Of a stretch of DNA of 64,000 bases, positions 58,172-64,000 are shown in pieces. Below the pieces are notes generated by a model, which did not search any database, was not told where the DNA came from, and saw nothing but the letters and a program-made list of their open reading frames with translations. The position numbers were made by a program, and so were the translations under genes. The stretch comes from an uncultured Gemmatimonadaceae bacterium (lineage in GTDB: Bacteria; Gemmatimonadota; Gemmatimonadetes; Gemmatimonadales; Gemmatimonadaceae). Numbering within the stretch: position 1 is the first letter of the stretch; every line of letters starts with the position of its first letter. The DNA is taken from assembly GCA_963740355.1 (NCBI GenBank), contig CAVUDW010000002.1:1856001-1920000 (forward strand), in the 5' to 3' direction.

Positions 58172-59350
58172 TCACACGCGCAGTGTTTCCGGCAGGGCGG
58201 CGATGAACGCCTTCATTTCGTCCGGCGTCCCGATGCTGATACGGCACCAGTCGTTGTAGGGCTGAAATGGGCGGCCGACGAGAAACCCTTTCTCCTTCAT
58301 CGCCGCGGCGAAGCGCTGTACCGGCATGCCGATTTGCGCGAAGACGAAGTTTGCCTGCGACGGCAGGACGCGCTTGCCCATGCTGGTGAACGCCGCGGTG
58401 AGGAGCGCACGTCCTTCGCGGGTGCGCATCTTCACAAATTCCTGGTACTGCGTGTCCTGCAGCGATGCGATCGCGGCTTGCATGCCGAAGGCATTGGCGT
58501 TGCCCGTCATGTACTTGCCGAGCCGAGCGACGATGTCCGGGCGCGCGATTGCAAACCCGACACGCAATCCCGCCAGGCCGTGGATCTTCGAGGCTGTGCG
58601 CGAAACGATCACGTTTTCGCCCTTCAACACCAGGTCCACCAGCGACTTGGTGGTCGTGTCATCGACGAAGTCATGATACGCCTCGTCCACCAGGACCAGG
58701 GCGCGATGTTGCGTGGCGCTGACGAAGGCACGCATCTTCTGCGCGTCGGCAATCGTGCTCGTCGGGTTGTTCGGATTGCAGACGAAGACAAGGTTCACGG
58801 CACTCGTGATCCGTGTGTCCATGGCGTCGAAGTCGTGACCGAAATCGGCAGTGAGCGGCACCTTCTGGACCGTGGCTCCAATCTTCTCCGCGTAGCCAGG
58901 CAGCCCCTCGAACGTCGGCCAGGGCGTCACGACTTCACCGCCGTGCATGTTGTAGGCGAGTGCGGCAACCGACAGAGTCTCGCTCGACCCCTGCGTGATG
59001 AGGATGTTCGACGGATCGACCCCCACGCTTTTCGCGAACACGTCCTTCAGCAGCGCGTGCGAGCTCAGGCCATACAGGCTGTGTTCGAACCAGCCAGAGA
59101 GGATGCCATCCTTGGCCTTCGGCGACATGCCGAACGGATTTTCGTTGGCTGAGAGGCGAACTGGCCCCGCTGCACGGCGCGATTCCGTGGCGCTGGCTTC
59201 CATCTCGAGCAATCGGTCGCTGTAGTTGCCTGCGCCGCCGAGCGTCTTGGCGGTGCCAAGGGCGGGCAACACGGCCGGCAGGAGGACTGATGACCCAGCC
59301 GCGAGGCCGGTGGAGATCAGCCATTGGCGGCGATTCACTGGAGCAGTCAC
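58172..59350 (-). CDS. Tat-exported class I/II aminotransferase (HisC-like)
   Basis: NRRQWL twin-arginine motif; LSANENP, CNPNNPT, VDEAY, RTASKIHGLAGLRVG, RISIGT. Confidence 0.9.
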   Translation of the reverse strand: MTAPVNRRQWLISTGLAAGSSVLLPAVLPALGTAKTLGGAGNYSDRLLEMEASATESRRAAGPVRLSANENPFGMSPKAKDGILSGWFEHSLYGLSSHALLKDVFAKSVGVDPSNILITQGSSETLSVAALAYNMHGGEVVTPWPTFEGLPGYAEKIGATVQKVPLTADFGHDFDAMDTRITSAVNLVFVCNPNNPTSTIADAQKMRAFVSATQHRALVLVDEAYHDFVDDTTTKSLVDLVLKGENVIVSRTASKIHGLAGLRVGFAIARPDIVARLGKYMTGNANAFGMQAAIASLQDTQYQEFVKMRTREGRALLTAAFTSMGKRVLPSQANFVFAQIGMPVQRFAAAMKEKGFLVGRPFQPYNDWCRISIGTPDEMKAFIAALPETLRV

Positions 59351-59458
59351 GGGAGCCTCACGGTAGGGCGGGAGGGAGCGCGCGGATGTCTGAGCATAGC
59401 AGGGTGGGGGAAGGGGCTGTGTCTCCCTTACCCCGCCACGGCATCCGGTCGTGAACTG

Positions 59459-61621
59459 CTACCGGGCAGTCTGCCCGCGGATGCCAGCGCGCAAACCCAC
59501 GGCCACCTGCCGCTGGAACGCCGCGGTCCAACCCGTCGGCCGCTGATCGAACAGGTTCACCACGCCAACCGAGAGCTCCATCGCACGCCGCACACCGATT
59601 CGCAGCTGACCATCGACCGAGACGAAACCGTCCTGCGTGATGTTCCCGCGCGGCGCCGAGCTGGTGTAGCGTGTGGAGATATCACCTGCGATGCCGCCGA
59701 GCGGCTGCCACTGCTGTGACAGCGCCAGGCGCGCCGTGTGCCGCGCCCGTCCATCGAGCGTCGCACCAGTGAGGAGGTTGCGGGCTCGCAGGTAGTCGTA
59801 GCCGAGCACCACCTCCATCGTCGGCATCGTGAAACGCGCGCTGCTTTCAATTCCCTCTGTTCTTGCGCGCTCGACATTCACGTTCTGGTAGACGATCAGG
59901 CCTGCCGCATTGGTACCCGTGGCCTGTGTGGCGATCAGGTTGGAGAGGGCGTTGCGATAACCTTCCAGTTCGAGCGACAGACCTGCTGCCGGCGCCCACG
60001 CGCCACCGAGCGTGGTGCTCCACGACTTTTCTGGCTGCAGCGTCGGGTTGCCGACGATCTGGTATCCCGCGGCACCGTTGATGAAGGTGTAGCGGAGCTC
60101 CTTGAAGGACGGGGCGCGGAAGCCTCTCGCGAAGTTCGTGTGTACGCGCCAGGTCGGCGAGAGCTGCCACACGGCACCGATCGTGGGAGAAACAGCGTCA
60201 CCCCACAGGGTGCTCGACGAACTCCGCGCGCCTGCGGTAAGCAAAACCGGACCCAAGGTCCAGGCGTCGCGGGCGAAGAACTCCAGCACTCGATCATTGA
60301 CGCTGTCGCCGTCGATCTTGGTCGGTGCGACGATACCGCGAGCGCTGAACTGCACACCGGCGTCGAAGGAGTGCTGGCCAACAGCCTTCGAATAGGAGAG
60401 GAGGCCGCGGGCCATGCGTTCCTGCTGCTCCAGCGAATCAGCCGACCCCGCGATTGGCAGGTCGCCCAGTGCCTCACGGAATTGGTAGGCGTATCGCTGC
60501 CCGAACACCCGAGCACGGAACAGCCCACCACCCACCTTCACCTGCGACTCCACGAAGCCTTGCAGCGAGTGATTGTCGATGAAGCCGTTGAATCCGGCGC
60601 CCACCGGCCAGCGCTGCCGCTGTTGTGAGTACGTGAGATCGGTGCGGAGTGAAACGCGCTCGGAGACGCGCACGCGAGTGTCGCCGCGGAAATCGTAGAC
60701 GCGGTCGAGCGTCGATCCTTCGGCATTGATCGCCGTCACGCGGTCCGTCTGACGCCAACCGCCATTGAGTCGAAATCCAATCGGACCAACGGTGTTGCTC
60801 AACTCCGCCGAGCTCTCACGACGACCGAGTTCTCCGGTGCGTGCATTCACTTCGGCAGTGAGGCCAGGCGTCGGTGCGGCGGTGACGAGATTGATCACGC
60901 CGCCCAGCGCCTCACTGCCGAACTCCACGCTGCCCGGTCCCTTCACGACCTCGATACGCTCGGCGGCCAGCGTCGAGAGGCGGCCGATGTCGCGATTCTC
61001 TGTCATCGCGCCCGCCATCGGCTCACCGTCCACCAGCACGAGCACGCGTGATTGATCGAGGCCACGGATGGCAATCGATGTCTGGGCTGGCGGCGATCCA
61101 ATTTCCTGCAGGCCGGGAATGCGGCGCAACAACTGGTTGGCGGAAACCGCCCCGGCCGCGACGATGTCCGCCTTCGTCAGAACGGTCACACTGGCGGGTG
61201 ACTCACCAGCGCGGATCTCGCGCTGACCAACGGTCGTCACGACGCGATCGAGCATCGTCGGCAGCGGCAGCATGGCGATCGACAGCTGCGGTGCCTCGAC
61301 CAGCACGCGTCGCTCGCGAAATCCAAGCGCACGGATGCGCAGGCTGTCACCAACGGTGGCACGGATGCGGAACGCCCCGGCTTCGTCGGTGCGCGCGCGG
61401 GCTCCGCTCGACACGACCGTAACTTCGGCCGACACCACAATCATCCCCTGCTCGCCGCGGCCGGTGACCGTCCCGCGCACCAGCTGGCTCGCTTGCGCAG
61501 CGAGTGGCGCGGTGAAGGCTGCGCCACTCGTCAATGCCAGCGTGATCAGCAGACACACCGCGAGGGCACGCACGCGCTCCCCCACGCACGCACCCTCACG
61601 ATATGTCGTACTCCCGTTCAT
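59459..61621 (-). CDS. TonB-dependent receptor with N-terminal CarboxypepD_reg-like domain
   Basis: Plug IRGLDQSRVLVLVDG, ERIEVVKGPGS, ALGGVINL; GFRAPSFKEL, GNPTLQPEKS, GVVNLFD. Confidence 0.92.
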   Translation of the reverse strand: MNGSTTYREGACVGERVRALAVCLLITLALTSGAAFTAPLAAQASQLVRGTVTGRGEQGMIVVSAEVTVVSSGARARTDEAGAFRIRATVGDSLRIRALGFRERRVLVEAPQLSIAMLPLPTMLDRVVTTVGQREIRAGESPASVTVLTKADIVAAGAVSANQLLRRIPGLQEIGSPPAQTSIAIRGLDQSRVLVLVDGEPMAGAMTENRDIGRLSTLAAERIEVVKGPGSVEFGSEALGGVINLVTAAPTPGLTAEVNARTGELGRRESSAELSNTVGPIGFRLNGGWRQTDRVTAINAEGSTLDRVYDFRGDTRVRVSERVSLRTDLTYSQQRQRWPVGAGFNGFIDNHSLQGFVESQVKVGGGLFRARVFGQRYAYQFREALGDLPIAGSADSLEQQERMARGLLSYSKAVGQHSFDAGVQFSARGIVAPTKIDGDSVNDRVLEFFARDAWTLGPVLLTAGARSSSSTLWGDAVSPTIGAVWQLSPTWRVHTNFARGFRAPSFKELRYTFINGAAGYQIVGNPTLQPEKSWSTTLGGAWAPAAGLSLELEGYRNALSNLIATQATGTNAAGLIVYQNVNVERARTEGIESSARFTMPTMEVVLGYDYLRARNLLTGATLDGRARHTARLALSQQWQPLGGIAGDISTRYTSSAPRGNITQDGFVSVDGQLRIGVRRAMELSVGVVNLFDQRPTGWTAAFQRQVAVGLRAGIRGQTAR

Positions 61622-62673
61622 CGGATGCGCGCGTACCGGATGGTCGGGAAGCCGCCCGCGCCTGACGTGCCGTAGTATCCGATCACCTGAAGCTTGTAGG
61701 TCTTCGCCCCGTTGCGGATCAGGTAGGTGTTGAACGTCGGGGAGAGGCGCTGGTCATTGTTGAGGTCATAGCGGAACGGACCGCTGATGTCCTCGATCGA
61801 GTTCGGGATCGGGCCGGTGAGCACCGAGAGGTATGGCGCGTACTCTGGCGCGTCGCTGGCCAGCGTGGTGCCGGCAAATCCTGGAGTCGAGGCGCCTGGG
61901 TACGTCCCTGCGTTGCACGCCGAGTTGACGCTGATCTCGTAGATCGCTGGCGACAACAGCAAGTCCCAATTGCATCCAGACGCGGTGACGGCAGTGCCGG
62001 TCGCGAGGTCGATGTTGAGTGGCGTGGAACCGGTCGTGATCGTGAACGACTGTGCGGCGCCAAGCGTGCTGCCGGTCTGGATTCGGGACTCGAAGGTGAC
62101 CGAACCGAGCGCGCGACCGCTGAAGGTGATGCCCGTCACACGGACCAGCGCGAAGCCACCATTGCCGCGACGCACCTTCCAGTAGGCCGCCGCATTGGCC
62201 GTTGGTGCAGCACCACCGACGATGAGGAAGGCGTTCGCGTTCAGGATCAGGCGGTCCGCCTTGAAGAGCGAGTCCGCCGGGATCTGCGCATCGCGGATCG
62301 AGTCGAATGCCGCCAGCGTGTTCTGGTTGGTGAATGCGAGCACCTGCGCGGCGGTCGCGTTCTTGTTGTTGCCGAGCGAGTAGCCCGTGCCGCCAGCCGT
62401 GCCCGATACGCCACCGTTCACGCGCACTTCATAGCGACGGAGGGCGATGTCCCATGTCGAGGTCTTCGGGACCAGTGCCTGCGCGTCGAAGCTGAAGTAG
62501 ACGAGTGTGTCAGTCGAGCTGGCGTTGAGCGGGCCGGAGACCACGATCTCGTTCAGTGCCGCGCCCGTGACTGGATTGACTGTTGGGTCGGTGGTCGATT
62601 CGCTGCACGCTGCCAGCAGCAGCGCACTCGCGGCCGCAAGCAGCGGCGTCCGGAACATCAGTGTCGAAGACAT
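61618..62673 (-). CDS. HmuY-family lipoprotein (two HmuY-like halves)
   Basis: Lipobox LAAC; VYFSF, WDIALRR, NGGVSG, a second WDLLL, YKLQVIGYY...PTIRY; ATGA-coupled to the TonB receptor. Confidence 0.8.
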   Translation of the reverse strand: MSSTLMFRTPLLAAASALLLAACSESTTDPTVNPVTGAALNEIVVSGPLNASSTDTLVYFSFDAQALVPKTSTWDIALRRYEVRVNGGVSGTAGGTGYSLGNNKNATAAQVLAFTNQNTLAAFDSIRDAQIPADSLFKADRLILNANAFLIVGGAAPTANAAAYWKVRRGNGGFALVRVTGITFSGRALGSVTFESRIQTGSTLGAAQSFTITTGSTPLNIDLATGTAVTASGCNWDLLLSPAIYEISVNSACNAGTYPGASTPGFAGTTLASDAPEYAPYLSVLTGPIPNSIEDISGPFRYDLNNDQRLSPTFNTYLIRNGAKTYKLQVIGYYGTSGAGGFPTIRYARIR

Positions 62674-63207
62674 CAATACCTGCGTCAGTGTCGTGATTGG
62701 CAACGCGATCAATGGCGTTGCGAGTGTGCACGAACTCTGCTCGGACCAGGTGTGCGGCGAAAGTACGGAAGACTACGGACAACACCCGGCGGAAACCCGC
62801 CGTGCCGTGCCCGCGTTGTGCGCACCGTTCGGGCCGTGCGACCGACTGCGCCACGCGGCTGTGATTCGCGACCGCCGGGAGTACATCTTTCATCGCGGCG
62901 TGATCGCCGCGCCGGCAGCGGCATTGGATTCACACCATCTGTTCACACATCGCGATTCCCGGGGGCGGCATGAAGGGAGGAAAGGCGGGCAGGGAGGCGA
63001 AGCGCCCGACGACGCGCGCGGATGCGCAACCGCCGCACCCCAAGGGGCCGTCGCGCGGTGCACCGAAGCGCGACTGGGGTCCGCAGGAGTCCGCCGACGA
63101 GCTGCCGAAGGCTGTGCCGCCGAAGCGTATCAGGCCGGGTCGATAAGGCGCCGGCAAGTCGCGCCTGCTGGCTTGTGCGGACCAGACGCCCCCGGTTCGT
63201 TTCCGGG

Positions 63208-64000
63208 ATGCGTCCATCCCACATCGTTTTCGCCAGTGCGCTCCTCATCAGCGCCAGGCTTGCTTCTGCTCAAGCTCCCGCGTCACCGGCTGCCGCCTTC
63301 TGGGCACCGGTGCGCACCCAGTTCTCCGGTGATCGCGCGAAGGAAACGGTCGCGTTCCTCGATCAGTACGTCCGGTGGCCGGGCAATCGGGGCTTCGACG
63401 CCAGCATTGCGCACATCGTGCAGCGCCTAGAACGCGCCGGATACGTGGCAGAGGCGAAAGCCGCGCCCACCGATCGGCTGACATATCGCGTCGAGAAGTA
63501 TCCGATGGCGGCACCCGCATGGGAGCCCACCGGTGCCTCGCTCGACATCGTCGGTGAAGCAGCGCCGGTGCTGCGGTTCCAGACGAATCGCAACATGCTC
63601 GCGACCAACTCGTACGCGACCCCCGCAGCGGGTGTCGAGGCGGCGTTGGTGGATGCGGGCGACGGCAAGCCCGCCACCCTCGACTCGTTGAACGTGCGGG
63701 GCAAGATCGTGCTCGCCCGGATGAACGTCGGTCGGTTGTTCACCGAGGCGGTCACCAAGCGCGGCGCCATCGGTGTGCTCGCCTATTCGCTGCCGGCCTA
63801 CCTGCAGCCGGAGAAGAACCGCACCTCGATCCAGTTCGGTGGCGTCACGCGCGACACGGTCGCCAAGGCGTGGGGGATCGTGCTCTCGTATGCGGCGCAT
63901 GAACGCCTCAAGGCGGCCATCGCACGCGGTTCGGCACGGGTGCGAGTGTCGACGGCGGCAACCTGGACGCCGAATGCGGTCGAACAGGCGGTGGTGGCCG
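63208..64000 (+). CDS. Secreted PA-domain peptidase (probably M28), truncated at the window edge
   Basis: Not in the ORF track (no stop in window). I read MRPSHIVFASALLISARLASAQ...FSGDRAKETVAFLDQYVRWPGNRGF...NVRGKIVLA...AVTKRGAIGVL. Confidence 0.75.
   Translation, partial: MRPSHIVFASALLISARLASAQAPASPAAAFWAPVRTQFSGDRAKETVAFLDQYVRWPGNRGFDASIAHIVQRLERAGYVAEAKAAPTDRLTYRVEKYPMAAPAWEPTGASLDIVGEAAPVLRFQTNRNMLATNSYATPAAGVEAALVDAGDGKPATLDSLNVRGKIVLARMNVGRLFTEAVTKRGAIGVLAYSLPAYLQPEKNRTSIQFGGVTRDTVAKAWGIVLSYAAHERLKAAIARGSARVRVSTAATWTPNAVEQAVVA

Noticed and set aside
62720..63200. Cobalamin riboswitch upstream of the HmuY/TonB genes
   Set aside because: Reading the minus strand, I could not find the B12-box or the GGGAA/CCCC..ACTG core; an Rfam scan would settle it.

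Overview
GC-rich (roughly two-thirds G+C, judged by eye), densely coding bacterial window. Its gene content (many exported peptidases, a VPS10/BNR-repeat protein, CBM9/DUF5916, TonB receptor, Tat-exported aminotransferase) is typical of Gemmatimonadota-like organisms; this is an inference, as no marker gene is present. I see no rRNA, tRNA, CRISPR array, integrase or transposase. All family names come from motif recognition by eye, not from a database search. Main blocks: a DUF4331 pair plus TPR gene behind a candidate SigK-type promoter (5.7-8.6 kb); kynA and dacB; an amine-catabolic operon ending in a histamine/trimethylamine-dehydrogenase-like gene (11.5-19.3 kb); an M28 peptidase split by a 1-bp frameshift; a two-component system; a CHAT protease with an uncharacterised partner (29.1-32.9 kb); an OYE-arsR pair followed by a tandem 261-bp palindromic repeat (35.9-36.5 kb); and an HmuY-family/TonB locus at the right end. 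The best candidate for an undescribed system is the 11-kb locus at 44.2-55.4 kb. It contains a signal-less S8 protease fused to a seven-bladed lectin-type propeller, a His-rich beta-propeller, a DUF362-START / SDR / START operon, and a divergent four-gene operon of unknown proteins (10-aa repeats, Ig-like beta domains, Cys/His-rich motifs).
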